The notes under the pieces are model-generated. The model was not told the origin of the DNA and did not search any database. It worked only from the letters and a program-made list of their open reading frames with translations. From an uncultured bacterium (GTDB taxonomy: Bacteria > Babelota > Babeliae > Babelales > Babelaceae), in contig CAWKFG010000004.1 of the NCBI GenBank assembly GCA_963848965.1, positions 544,001 to 608,000 of the forward strand: a stretch of 64,000 bases of DNA. The letters are read 5' to 3'. The translations under genes and the position numbers were made by a program. Below are positions 46,954 to 57,011 of the stretch, in pieces (the stretch's first letter is position 1; each line of letters opens with the position of its first letter).

Positions 46954-47607
46954 ATGAAACACATACTTACATCGCCAAAAGGGCTTTTTGCATTACTTTT
47001 AGTGTTTGGAATGAGTGTATCATCTCAAGCACGTATGCGCCATTTTGTTAATGACTTTTTTGAGGATGATTTCTTTGCTGATGCATTTGAAGATCACTTT
47101 GAACGCATGCAAGACCATATAAAAGAGATGAGAAAGCGTGCTGCCAGTTTTGGTCCAAGCAAAGAAGAGCGTGAAGCATTAAAAGAGGCACATGAAAATC
47201 TCTCAAAAATAAAAGCTACGATAGACAGTGATGATCACAATGTCTATATACGCTTTACTTTAGATGGAGTTACCAAAGATGATATTAAAATCGTTAAAAA
47301 GTCTAATGGCTTTTTAGGTACTATTCCAGCTAAAGATGGTCAAGTAGAATTCTTTGTTTCTCCTCACTATCTTGAAACTGCTCGTCATATTGAGCTTAAA
47401 AAAGAAAATAAAGATAGCAAGGATGCTAAAGAAGATAAAAAACAGGAAAAGAAAGCTGTGTACTACTACAGCACTTCTGCAACTGAAGTACAAAGCCTTC
47501 CGCATACTGTTGATCTTTCTTCAGCGCAAGCACAGACAAAAGACGCTACTTTAACCATTACTATTGCCAAGAAAAAAGAAGCAGTGCTTCCTATTACTCA
47601 CGGATAA
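46954..47607 (+). CDS. Hsp20/alpha-crystallin-like protein with a signal peptide
   Basis: Phe/Asp-rich N-region FFEDDFF and LPHTVD..SAQAQTKDATLTITIAK (ACD beta8-9-like); signal peptide ...SSQA. Confidence 0.6.
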   Translation: MKHILTSPKGLFALLLVFGMSVSSQARMRHFVNDFFEDDFFADAFEDHFERMQDHIKEMRKRAASFGPSKEEREALKEAHENLSKIKATIDSDDHNVYIRFTLDGVTKDDIKIVKKSNGFLGTIPAKDGQVEFFVSPHYLETARHIELKKENKDSKDAKEDKKQEKKAVYYYSTSATEVQSLPHTVDLSSAQAQTKDATLTITIAKKKEAVLPITHG

Positions 47608-47639
47608 TACCACGAGTATGGCACATAATACTACTTATG

Positions 47640-47669
47640 ATAAGGCCTTGAGATATCTCAAGGCCTTAT
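47640..47669. terminator. 30-bp perfect palindrome / terminator-like hairpin
   Basis: ATAAGGCCTTGAGAT-ATCTCAAGGCCTTAT. Confidence 0.6.
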
Positions 47670-47685
47670 TACTTCTAGGATTTGC

Positions 47686-48810
47686 ATGAACAATTACCGT
47701 ACCTGGATAGAACTTAGTAAAGATGCCCTGTTTTACAATATCGCTCAACTTAAAAAAGCAGCCAAAGAATCTGAACTTGCACTCGTTTTAAAAAGCAATG
47801 CTTATGGCCACGGAGCTCAGGCTATTGCTTCACTTGCCGATACACATCCAGATGTCTCATGGTTATGCACCGCAGGACTTAAAGAAGCACTCTCTTTACG
47901 TAGCTACGGCATTCAAAAACCACTTATTGCTCTTTCATATCTTGATGAAAGTTTTGAAGCTGCAATTACTCAAAATATTCATTGCTCTGTATACACATAT
48001 GAAGATGCTCAACATTTAAGCGCTGTTGCACAACAGCTTGGCAAACAAGCTTATGTACATGTTAAAGTAGATACGGGTATGTCTCGTCTTGGAGTCTTAG
48101 CAAGTGAAGCACTACCATTTATTAAAGCACTACAAAAGTTACCTCATCTTGTTATTTATGGAATTTTTACTCATCTTTGTGATACTTCTAATTCAGATCA
48201 AAGCTTTAGCCAGTTACAACTTAAGAGGTTTGATGAAGTCCTTGCAGCTTTACAAGAAGCACATATTTATATTCCTTGCATTCACGCTCAATCATCGAGC
48301 GGCTTATGTGTTCTTCCTGAGCGCTCTTATACGCTTGTACGAGCTGGAGCTTCTGTATACGGTATATGGAAGTCGCCACAACACAAAAAACTTTTACAAA
48401 ACTGCACTGAGGTTGACTTAAAACCAGTAATGACCTGGAAGACACGTATTATTCAACTTAAAAGAATTCCTGCAGGATCATATATAGGCTATGACAGGAC
48501 ATATAAAACTACACGGCCTACAGTTATAGCACTTGCTCCTATTGGCTATTGGGAAGGGTATCCGCGAAGCCTTTCTAACAAAGGCATTGTACTTATTAAT
48601 AACACACTGGCTCCCATTCTAGGTATTGTAAGCATGAATCTTACTGCTTTTGATGTTACTGACATTCCAGGTATTCAGCTTGGAGACAGTATTACCTTGT
48701 TAGGAAACCAATCTCCTATAACAGCTCAAGAGTGCGCTCAACGAGCAGGCATTATAACCAATGAGATAGTAACTCATATAAATCCAGAAGTTCCTAGAAT
48801 TATTGTTTAA
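47686..48810 (+). CDS. alr: Alanine racemase
   Basis: Motifs VLKSNAYGHG (PLP lysine), HVKVDTGMSRLG and IGYDRTY. Confidence 0.97.
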   Translation: MNNYRTWIELSKDALFYNIAQLKKAAKESELALVLKSNAYGHGAQAIASLADTHPDVSWLCTAGLKEALSLRSYGIQKPLIALSYLDESFEAAITQNIHCSVYTYEDAQHLSAVAQQLGKQAYVHVKVDTGMSRLGVLASEALPFIKALQKLPHLVIYGIFTHLCDTSNSDQSFSQLQLKRFDEVLAALQEAHIYIPCIHAQSSSGLCVLPERSYTLVRAGASVYGIWKSPQHKKLLQNCTEVDLKPVMTWKTRIIQLKRIPAGSYIGYDRTYKTTRPTVIALAPIGYWEGYPRSLSNKGIVLINNTLAPILGIVSMNLTAFDVTDIPGIQLGDSITLLGNQSPITAQECAQRAGIITNEIVTHINPEVPRIIV

Positions 48811-48827
48811 CCTTAAGGAATAGACAC

Positions 48828-49510
48828 ATGAAAAAGCATATTATTTTTATTTTTCTCATTTCTGTGCTAACACAGGAAAGCATAGTAGGTGAAAAAGCAA
48901 AAAATACTTTAATAATTTTTTAAACAGAACTAGCAGCGCTGGCAAAACCTCTCTATCAAAAGCACTTCACGACATATGCATAGAGCCATTACTTTATACA
49001 GGTATTGATTCATTCTTAGACATGTTTGCACCTCGCTTTATCATAACAGGTAAAGAAGCGCAACAAGGATTATTTTTTGAAGTTATAGCAGACCAAGAGA
49101 AACCATTTGTTAAGATTCACATTGGTAAATATGGCAAACAGCTTTTAGATGCGTTACCTTGGAGTATAAAAGCCATTGCCGATTGAGGTAACAAGCTTAT
49201 TATTGATGAAGTTTTATTTCACCCAGATCGGCTTAAACCATATGTTAAGGCACTAAAAAAACATAACGTATATTTTATTGGAGTAAAAACTCCTGTAGAA
49301 GTTATAGAAACTCGCGAAAAAGCTCGAAAAGAGCGCGTAATTGGTCTCGGCCGCTCGCTTATCGATATAGTACATCCACAAGGACGAATCTATGATCTTG
49401 AAATTGATACTTCAAAAGTAACTCCCGAAGAAGCTGCTCATATCATTTTAGACTATGTTGCTAAAAATCCTCGCCCTCAAGCGTTTAAAAATGCTTATAA
49501 ACACAAGTAA
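48828..49510 (+). pseudogene. Chloramphenicol phosphotransferase-like P-loop kinase pseudogene with a signal peptide
   Basis: Frameshift in the T-run at ~48916-48921; P-loop N(R)TSSAGKTS; in-frame TGA at 49184-49186; then GNKLIIDEV...REKARKER...YDLEIDTS. Not in the ORF track. Confidence 0.8.
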
Positions 49511-49515
49511 AGGCT

Positions 49516-49986
49516 CTACTTGACTGAAACCGTTTTTCCATTGGTAAGATCTTTCAGATCTGCAGAATGTAATTTAAAAACAGCATGAGGAGTTCCAGCT
49601 GCAGCCCACAGCTCTTTAAACTTAAAGAGCTCTTCATCAATGAATGTCTCTATTTTTTGCTTATGACCCACAGGTGGAATTCCTCCAATAGCAAAACCAG
49701 TTACTTCTTTAGTAAAATCTGCTTCTGCTTTTACAATCTCTTGCCCAATATATCCTGCAATTACTTTTTCGTTAACCCGATTTACCCCACTTGTAAGCAC
49801 AAGGACTGGTCTTTTTGTATCCTTTGTACGAAAAATAAGAGATTTAACAATCTGTGCAACTTCACAACCAATTACTGCAGCTGCTTCTTGTGCAGTACGA
49901 GTACTCGCTGGAAACTCAATAACTTTCATCTCGAGCCCTTTTTCTGAAAGCGCATCTTGTATACTTTGCGCATGCTTGCTTAACAC
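49516..49986 (-). CDS. YbaK/EbsC family aminoacyl-tRNA deacylase
   Basis: Motifs QIVKSLIF, TGFAIGGIPPVGH and WAAAG. Confidence 0.92.
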   Translation of the reverse strand: MLSKHAQSIQDALSEKGLEMKVIEFPASTRTAQEAAAVIGCEVAQIVKSLIFRTKDTKRPVLVLTSGVNRVNEKVIAGYIGQEIVKAEADFTKEVTGFAIGGIPPVGHKQKIETFIDEELFKFKELWAAAGTPHAVFKLHSADLKDLTNGKTVSVK

Positions 49987-50260
49987 AGGGGCTCCTTCAT
50001 AAATAGTCTCTTAATAAATAATCTTTGCATACATTGTACAGTTTTTATACGACGAGCACAAAACCCTTACAAGAATACATAAAGGGCTTTCTTAATTTCA
50101 AAATAACATAAAAGTTCATTTTTCCTTATTATATCTCTCAACTTCGAAAAGCAAGAGTGAATCGTATTTTTCCTGCATAAAAAGTATATTCACAAGAGCT
50201 TAAAAATGGTATAATTATAGTATTAACCTTTAAAAAATTACTTACCATTATAAGGATCTT

Positions 50261-50965
50261 ATGTATATCGTTGAGGGAAATATTGGAGCAGGCAAATCTA
50301 CATTTTTAAAGCTTATACAAGCTTGTTTACCTCATATTAGCGTTATTTTAGAGCCTGTAGAAAGTTGGCAGAATAAAATAGGTGGTCAGTCAGTACTTGC
50401 CAATTTTTACGAAAATCCTCAACGCTGGGCTTATACTATGGAAACTCTTACTATGATAGGGAGAGTACAAGAGCATTTAAAAGCGCAAGAACATCCTAAT
50501 CCTTTTCGCTTAATGGAACGTTCTATCTATTCTGGCCACTATTGCTTTGCAACAAATGGATACCAAACAGGATTCCTCACAGAACTTGAGTGGAAGCTGT
50601 ATCTATCATGGTTTAATTTTCTTATTACTGACAAATGTAAAGTACCTCATGGATTTATTTACCTTCGTGTAGATCCCGAGGTTGCTTATGAAAGAATACA
50701 AAAACGGCAACGGAGTGACGAAAGTGCTATAAGTCTTGACTATATCAAGCAAATTCACCAATGTCATGAAAACTTTTTACTTGAAAAAATTAACGTACTT
50801 CAAGAACTCGTAGCAACTCCTGTACTTGTGCTTGATTGCAATGCAGAGTTTGAAAAAGATGGAGCCCAATTTAGAGCTCATGCTCAAAAAGTTGTAGAAT
50901 TTATGCGTGCACATGTAGGAATGCAACGATATCACGGTTCCTGTACGTACCCAATCTTTTCATAG
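50261..50965 (+). CDS. Deoxynucleoside kinase (dCK/dGK family)
   Basis: Motifs EGNIGAGKST, EPV..W, ERS and R.R..E. Confidence 0.93.
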   Translation: MYIVEGNIGAGKSTFLKLIQACLPHISVILEPVESWQNKIGGQSVLANFYENPQRWAYTMETLTMIGRVQEHLKAQEHPNPFRLMERSIYSGHYCFATNGYQTGFLTELEWKLYLSWFNFLITDKCKVPHGFIYLRVDPEVAYERIQKRQRSDESAISLDYIKQIHQCHENFLLEKINVLQELVATPVLVLDCNAEFEKDGAQFRAHAQKVVEFMRAHVGMQRYHGSCTYPIFS

Positions 50966-50984
50966 AGGAATATTAGACCCTCTT

Positions 50985-51497
50985 TTATGCTTCAGCTTTC
51001 CTTGAAGATCTTCCTCTTCGTGTAGAAGATTCCTGGCCTGTTGCAGAACTTTCTTCTGAAGGCCCTTTGCTTTTTCTAGTTGAACTTGCAGTGCTTTTTC
51101 GCTCTGGTTTAATTTTTCGAGGTCCTGCTTTACTCTGTTTTGGCAAGATGATTCTTAAAACGCCATGATCAAGTTCTGCTCGTGTTTGCTCAGCAGACAC
51201 TGCTACAGGAAGATGAATAACTCGCTCAAAACCCCCGCGACGAATCTCTTTACTAAAATAGTTTCTTTCTTCAGTTTCATGCTCTTCTTCTCGAGTACCA
51301 GAAATTCGTATATTATCCCCTTCAACATGAATATCTACTTTATCTGGCTCAATACCTGGTACTTGCATCTCAATGACAACATTACCATTTTCTTCATAGA
51401 CATCTATTGCTAAATCTTTACCTGCAAACCCAGCTCTACCCAATTCTTCAAAAAGTTGATCTAATTCTGCCAATGGTCTCCATCGAATAATAGCCAT
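50985..51497 (-). CDS. Small heat-shock protein Hsp20
   Basis: Motifs IDVYE, PGIEPD, GGFERVIHLP and GVLRIILPK. Confidence 0.93.
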   Translation of the reverse strand: MAIIRWRPLAELDQLFEELGRAGFAGKDLAIDVYEENGNVVIEMQVPGIEPDKVDIHVEGDNIRISGTREEEHETEERNYFSKEIRRGGFERVIHLPVAVSAEQTRAELDHGVLRIILPKQSKAGPRKIKPERKSTASSTRKSKGPSEESSATGQESSTRRGRSSRKAEA

Positions 51498-51644
51498 ACT
51501 CTCTCCTTTTTATTTTTATTATTTTAGATAATTTTAAACGAGATCGACAAGTAAAATCAATACTATTTGAATTAAGTTGCTCGTAAAGTACATTGCAGAG
51601 CTCAAAGTTTAATTTTATCTAGGAGGAAACATGAAAAGGGCTAT

Positions 51645-51670
51645 AAAAAAAGGCACCCTATGAGTGCCTT
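51645..51670 (-). terminator. Terminator after tyrS
   Basis: AAGGCAC/GTGCCTT stem with a T-tract on the minus strand. Confidence 0.7.
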
Positions 51671-51685
51671 TAATCAAAATAAATT

Positions 51686-52882
51686 TTAGGAAATAATACG
51701 GTAGAATCTATGTTTACCTACTTTTATAAACATCTCTGGCTGCACCGCTATAAGCGCTTTAACATTGGTTACTTTTTCGTCACCAATATGCACTGCTCCT
51801 GCTTCAATGAGCCTGCGTGCCTCTGAATTAGTCTCAACAGCTTTAAGATGCCTTAACAAATCCACAATCCATACTTCTTTATTAAGCAATTCTGCAGCTT
51901 CTATAGGTTGTGCATGAGTATAATCTTTTTTCTGGAAAAGCTCTTCAAAAACATGGCGTGCTTGTGTAGCCTCTTCTGGCGACCAAAAACGAGCAATAAT
52001 GCCAAAAGCCATAGCCTTTTTAAGATCCATAGGATGCGCTTTGCCTGTTTCTACATCATGCTTCATAGAAGCAATTTCACCATCTGTTTTATGCAAGAGC
52101 ACATGATAATAGCGCCACATAAGATCATCAGAAATAGACATAAGCTTTCCATACACCTGATCTGCAGGCTCTGTAAGACCAATAGCATTGCCAAGAGATT
52201 TAGACATCTTCGCTTGACCATCAAGGCCCTCTAAGAGCGGCACTGTTAAAATTGCCTGCGGCTCTTGACCATAATGTTCCTGGAGATACCGTCCCATAAG
52301 AAGATTAAATGTTTGATCAGTTCCCCCAAGCTCTACATCTGCATGTAAAGCTACAGAATCATACCCTTGCATAAGCGGATACAAAAGTTCATGAAAGCCA
52401 ACACTTTGATGCTCTGCTATACGAGTTGCAAAATCTTCACGCTCAATGATACGAGCAAGTGTTACTTTTCCACAAAGCTCTACCCACTCTCTGCTTGTTA
52501 ATTTGTCAAGCCATTCTGAGTTATAGCGTACTGTTACTTTGTTTGGATCAAGAATTTTGCTTACTTGTTCAAAATAGGTTTTTGTATTATGAGCAATTTG
52601 TTCTGCAGAAAGCGGTGGCCGTGTTTTTGACCTTCCTGTTGGATCTCCAATAAGTGCTGTAAAATCCCCAATTAAAAAGATAACTTCATGCCCTAAATCT
52701 TGGAACTGCTTAAGCTTTGAAAGAGCAACAGCATGACCTAAATGCAAATCTGGTGCAGTAGGATCCATACCCAATTTTATACGTAATCTTTTACCCCATT
52801 CTAACTTTTTACGAAATTCATCTTCAGGAATAATCTGCTGAGCTCCTGCTCGTAATTGCTCAAAAGCGCTTTTAGTGCTCAT
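51686..52882 (-). CDS. tyrS: Tyrosine--tRNA ligase
   Basis: Motifs [16 protein letters not shown] and KMSKS; C-terminal S4 domain. Confidence 0.98.
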   Translation of the reverse strand: MSTKSAFEQLRAGAQQIIPEDEFRKKLEWGKRLRIKLGMDPTAPDLHLGHAVALSKLKQFQDLGHEVIFLIGDFTALIGDPTGRSKTRPPLSAEQIAHNTKTYFEQVSKILDPNKVTVRYNSEWLDKLTSREWVELCGKVTLARIIEREDFATRIAEHQSVGFHELLYPLMQGYDSVALHADVELGGTDQTFNLLMGRYLQEHYGQEPQAILTVPLLEGLDGQAKMSKSLGNAIGLTEPADQVYGKLMSISDDLMWRYYHVLLHKTDGEIASMKHDVETGKAHPMDLKKAMAFGIIARFWSPEEATQARHVFEELFQKKDYTHAQPIEAAELLNKEVWIVDLLRHLKAVETNSEARRLIEAGAVHIGDEKVTNVKALIAVQPEMFIKVGKHRFYRIIS

Positions 52883-53646
52883 AAATGATATGCTCCAAAC
52901 AATAATGCGATTTTACAAGCTCCCCATATGGTAGTTTTCAAAAGATAATAACCAAGAGGGTCTGCAAAAAAGTAAACAATAATAAATGGTCCAAAAAATG
53001 AAAGATAATCTGCATATTCAATATATTTATACCCTTTTTCAAAACCAATTATAAGTGCATACCGCAGCCCATTTAAAATAATGCTAATCGTTGCAATAAA
53101 GATATTAAGGTACACAAGAGAAATTAACAGAAATGCAAAGATTATCGAGAATGTAGAATAATCTCCTTGAAATACCGTTGCTATATTCAAGTGAGGCGTA
53201 GAAGAAAATAATACTGTTAACGATTTGGCATAGTATCCAAAAAGCTTAAAAACTAACGACATAGTCATATCATGGCCAAATGTTCCTACAGAGATTACTA
53301 AAGCAATAAGCGCTAAAAATAAGCTTACAAGCGCTTCAGTAATATGCATAAGAGCTAATTTAAGTAACCGAAAACGACCACTGATTGCTAACGGGTTAAT
53401 CGGCACCATATGCGGCCAACCAATACGAAAAAGTACTACTGCTAAGAAACTAAAGATATCAAAGTGCACTAACGGATTAAGGCTTGCATATCCTGCTTCA
53501 TAAGCAGTATCGTCACCCATTTTTAAAGCAACCCACGTTTGAATTACCCCATTAATAGTAATAGATATAAAATATGCAAGTAGAAGAAGAACAAGAGAAA
53601 AAAGTGATTCTGCAAGAGCAAGATTGATCATAAAAACAATACACAA
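52879..53646 (-). CDS. Site-2 protease (M50)-like membrane protein lacking the catalytic motifs
   Basis: [17 protein letters not shown] and [10 protein letters not shown] are retained, but the HExxH position reads NGVIQ. Confidence 0.65.
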   Translation of the reverse strand: MCIVFMINLALAESLFSLVLLLLAYFISITINGVIQTWVALKMGDDTAYEAGYASLNPLVHFDIFSFLAVVLFRIGWPHMVPINPLAISGRFRLLKLALMHITEALVSLFLALIALVISVGTFGHDMTMSLVFKLFGYYAKSLTVLFSSTPHLNIATVFQGDYSTFSIIFAFLLISLVYLNIFIATISIILNGLRYALIIGFEKGYKYIEYADYLSFFGPFIIVYFFADPLGYYLLKTTIWGACKIALLFGAYHL

Positions 53647-53811
53647 TGTTAAGAAATTTTATAGCAAGTTCCTCTTTATTATAGCATAATGCATTATTTT
53701 TGCCAACTACACTCAGCTTATTATCTCATAGATACGCTCATATATTGACAATGCGTATTCCTTCTTAGCATGCTAAAATTACTTTCATTTCATAACAAAA
53801 AAGGAGTGTAT

Positions 53812-54786
53812 ATGATTCACTTTTTTCTCAGCATACTTGCTTTATGTGCATTTTCTTGTCTGAGCGCAGAGCAGAGTAACGAGCAGCAAGGCATACCTTT
53901 AGAACAAGAAGTATCTACACGAAGCTGCAAAAAACACTGCTCTTGTAAAAGAAAGAGAAAGTGTACACAGTTTCAGGGCTTTGTTCCATGCAATGGACTT
54001 CAGCTTTTTACAACGCTCCAGGGGTGCGGTAAACAAACAATTGTATTTTTACATGGCTTTCCTGCAGATTCACAAGTGTGGAATCAACAAAGACAAGCAT
54101 TTAATAACTGCTATAGAACATTAGCATATGACCAAAGAGGATTTGGTAAATCAAGTCAACCTGCTGGACCCTATGACATTGCTGCATACGTACAAGATCT
54201 CCGTTGCGTTTTAGACCACTTTGGGATACAAAAACCGATTCTAGTTGGTCATTCGTTTTCAGGAGAAGTTGCTATTCAATTTGCTTCTCTCTTTCCAGAT
54301 AGAGTATGTAAGCTTGTACTTGTGAGCACCAGCGCTAAACTTGTTGCGAGCCCTGATTTTCCATTTGGCGCATCTCCTGAAGCCATAGGACAAATTGTAG
54401 CACTTATTCAAAAAAATCTACGTGCAGGGCTCACTGCATTTGTTAGTGCCGGCTTTCCAGAACCTAATACCGAAGCTCTACAACAACAAGTGATAGAACA
54501 AGGCTTACAATCAACTCAGGCAACTGTTCTAAGTTTCTTCCGTGATACAAGTCCTACTGATGTACGTCCTCTGCTTCCTTCAATTACTGTTCCAACACTT
54601 ATTGTTCATGGAACAAGTGATAACATAATTCCCTTCCCAGCAGGACTATTTTTACGAGACAACATTAGAAACTCTCAATTTGTTGCCTTTGAAGGTAAAG
54701 GTCATTTTCTTTTCTTGACCGATCCTACAAAGTTTACACAGGTAATGACAAATTTTTTACGTACAACCCCTGCTTGTTGCAGATAA
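53812..54786 (+). CDS. Exported alpha/beta hydrolase, copy 1
   Basis: AAGGAG then ATG 53812; motifs HGFP, DQRGFGKS, GHSFSG, HGTSD and GH; signal peptide and a Cys/Lys-rich linker. Confidence 0.88.
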   Translation: MIHFFLSILALCAFSCLSAEQSNEQQGIPLEQEVSTRSCKKHCSCKRKRKCTQFQGFVPCNGLQLFTTLQGCGKQTIVFLHGFPADSQVWNQQRQAFNNCYRTLAYDQRGFGKSSQPAGPYDIAAYVQDLRCVLDHFGIQKPILVGHSFSGEVAIQFASLFPDRVCKLVLVSTSAKLVASPDFPFGASPEAIGQIVALIQKNLRAGLTAFVSAGFPEPNTEALQQQVIEQGLQSTQATVLSFFRDTSPTDVRPLLPSITVPTLIVHGTSDNIIPFPAGLFLRDNIRNSQFVAFEGKGHFLFLTDPTKFTQVMTNFLRTTPACCR

Positions 54787-54802
54787 ACAGTACCTTTATA
54801 CT

Positions 54803-54830
54803 AAAAGGAGGCATATTCATGCCTCCTTTT
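54803..54830 (+). terminator. Terminator of hydrolase copy 1
   Basis: AAAAGGAGGCAT-ATTC-ATGCCTCCTTTT. Confidence 0.8.
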
Positions 54831-55017
54831 CTTTACTAACTTTTATGTCTTTTATTAAACTTGAGCATCAGTACTTGAAGGGTCTTTTTCTTTGCTTGAA
54901 AAACTTATATGCGATTGTACTGGCTTATTATTCAATAGATCCGTCCATATGTTGACAATAGCTATTTCTTCTTAGCATGCTAAAATTACTTTCATCTTAT
55001 AACCATAAGGAGCGTAT

Positions 55018-55992
55018 ATGATTCATTTTCTTTTCAGCATACTTGCTTTATGTGCATTTTCTTGTCTGAGCGCAGAGCAGAGTAACGAGCAACAAGGCAT
55101 ACCTTTAGAACAAGAAGTATCTACACGAAGCTGCAAAAAACACTGCTCTTGTAAAAGAAAGAGAAAGTGCACACAGTTTCAAGGTTTTGTTCCATGCAAT
55201 GGACTTCAACTCTTTACAACAGTACAAGGATGCGGTAAGCAAACAATTGTATTCTTACATGGCTTTCCTGCAGACTCACAAGTGTGGAATCAACAAAGAC
55301 AAGTGTTTAATAAGTGTTATAGAACGTTAGCATATGATCAAAGAGGATTTGGAAAATCAAGTCAACCTACAGGACCTTATGACGTTACTGCATATGCACA
55401 AGATCTTCGCTGTATCCTAGATCACTTTAGCATACAAAAACCGATTATAGTTGCCCACTCATTTGCAACAGAAGTTGTACTGAAATTTATTTCACTTTTT
55501 CCTGATAGAGTCTGTAAACTTGTGCTTGTCAGCGGAAATGCAAAATTCCTTGCAAGCCCAGACTATCCTTTTGGTGTACAGCCTGAATTTTTACAACAGT
55601 TAGTAACACTTGTACAAAGAAGCTTACTTGAAGGACTCACTGCATTTGTAAATCTTTCTTTTCCTGAACCTAATACTGAAGCTTTAAAAAAGCAAGTTCT
55701 TGAACAAGGTCTTCAGTCAAGCCAAGCCACTGTTTTAAGCTTTGGCCAAGGAATAGCTCCTACAGATGTACGTTCTGTTCTTCCGTCAATCACTATTCCA
55801 ACGCTCATTGTTCATGGGACAAACGATAACATATTCCCTTTCCAAGCAGGGCTATTTTTACGCGATAACATCAGAAACTCTCAATTTGTTGCCTTTGAAG
55901 GTAAAGGCCACTTTCCTTTCTTAACTGATCCTACAAGGTTTACACAAGTAGTAGAAAATTTCTTACGCTCAACTCCTGCTTGCTGCAGATAA
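55018..55992 (+). CDS. Exported alpha/beta hydrolase, copy 2 (tandem duplicate)
   Basis: N-terminus almost identical to copy 1; nucleophile elbow AHSFAT. Confidence 0.88.
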   Translation: MIHFLFSILALCAFSCLSAEQSNEQQGIPLEQEVSTRSCKKHCSCKRKRKCTQFQGFVPCNGLQLFTTVQGCGKQTIVFLHGFPADSQVWNQQRQVFNKCYRTLAYDQRGFGKSSQPTGPYDVTAYAQDLRCILDHFSIQKPIIVAHSFATEVVLKFISLFPDRVCKLVLVSGNAKFLASPDYPFGVQPEFLQQLVTLVQRSLLEGLTAFVNLSFPEPNTEALKKQVLEQGLQSSQATVLSFGQGIAPTDVRSVLPSITIPTLIVHGTNDNIFPFQAGLFLRDNIRNSQFVAFEGKGHFPFLTDPTRFTQVVENFLRSTPACCR

Positions 55993-56005
55993 CAGTCTAT
56001 TTATA

Positions 56006-56037
56006 AGAAAAAGAGGCATGAATATGCCTCTTTTTCT
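56006..56037. terminator. Bidirectional terminator
   Basis: AGAAAAAGAGGCAT-GAAT-ATGCCTCTTTTTCT between convergent genes. Confidence 0.8.
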
Positions 56038-56064
56038 GTGTAGCTTTTATGCTTACAAGTGCTA

Positions 56065-56799
56065 TTAATCTAGAGCATTAGTGCTTGAAAGAGCCTTTTC
56101 TGGTTGATTAAGGAGTGATGCAATTGACATACGTAAAGCCTGGCTTGGTGCAACAGATCGCTCTGTTCGCGTAGGTAAAGTAGGTATATCACGACTTGCT
56201 TCTTCTAGAGCCTGAAAAAATCTTGGCTCAGTTCCACGCGCTTGCTCACTTTGAGCTACACTTGCTAAAAAAGATAACGCAGGTACTTGCTCTATTACAC
56301 CTGATTCAATAATTTCGTCTTTTTCTAGCATCTGTGCTTTTTCATGCCGCTCTTTATGCTCATTTAATCGGCCCAAGCTATTAAAAGCACCATTACAATA
56401 ATCACACTTATAAGATTTTTCTTCTTGTCCTTGATGTACTAATACAACGTGTGTTTTAAGATCATTTGTTGCAAAAAAAGTATGTCCACAGTCATCACAT
56501 GTATAACGACGTTTCTTTTCATGTACCCGTTTCATATGTGTTCTTACGTTTCCTTGCTGGGTAAATTCTTTTCCGCATATAGTACAAGGATATTTTTTGC
56601 CTGTATGCGCGTTCATATGAATTTTTAAAATACCTTTGGTTCCAAAAGTTTTACTACATACTTCGCATGGATAGGTTTTTTTACTCCCATTTTCTTGTAT
56701 AGTTTGTTTGCGCTCAGCAATAGAAGGACTTATCTCCATCCCATATGTTTTTGCAAAAATGCACATCAGCATTATAATACCATAAAGTACTTTCATCAT
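56065..56799 (-). CDS. Secreted eukaryote-like protein with four C2H2 zinc fingers
   Basis: Four Y-x-C-x2-C-x3-F-x8-H-x3/4-H fingers; TGKKYP linker; signal peptide ...TYG-MEIS. Confidence 0.88.
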   Translation of the reverse strand: MMKVLYGIIMLMCIFAKTYGMEISPSIAERKQTIQENGSKKTYPCEVCSKTFGTKGILKIHMNAHTGKKYPCTICGKEFTQQGNVRTHMKRVHEKKRRYTCDDCGHTFFATNDLKTHVVLVHQGQEEKSYKCDYCNGAFNSLGRLNEHKERHEKAQMLEKDEIIESGVIEQVPALSFLASVAQSEQARGTEPRFFQALEEASRDIPTLPTRTERSVAPSQALRMSIASLLNQPEKALSSTNALD

Positions 56800-57011
56800 T
56801 ATCCTTATATAATATAAAATAATATTTTATTTAAGATTTGCTTAAGCAATGCAAAGTACTTATTATATTATCTATTTTAAAATTTTAGTCAAACCCCAGA
56901 GTACGTTATCTGCTTTTGTACGAGGATAAATACCTATTTTTGCTTTCGCTTTATACCTATGGTATAGTAAAAGAGAAATTATTTATACGCTCTTTGATTA
57001 TGTAATAAACG

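Noticed and set aside
26033..49186. TGA recoding suggested by two in-frame TGA codons (26033 and 49184)
   Set aside because: TGA ends normal genes at the expected positions (yraN, valS), Trp is encoded by TGG, and the kinase gene has other lesions.
54772..54786. C-terminal ACCR as a host prenylation motif
   Set aside because: Not a canonical CaaX, and the protein lacks the effector-type leader; envelope disulfide bonding is a simpler explanation.
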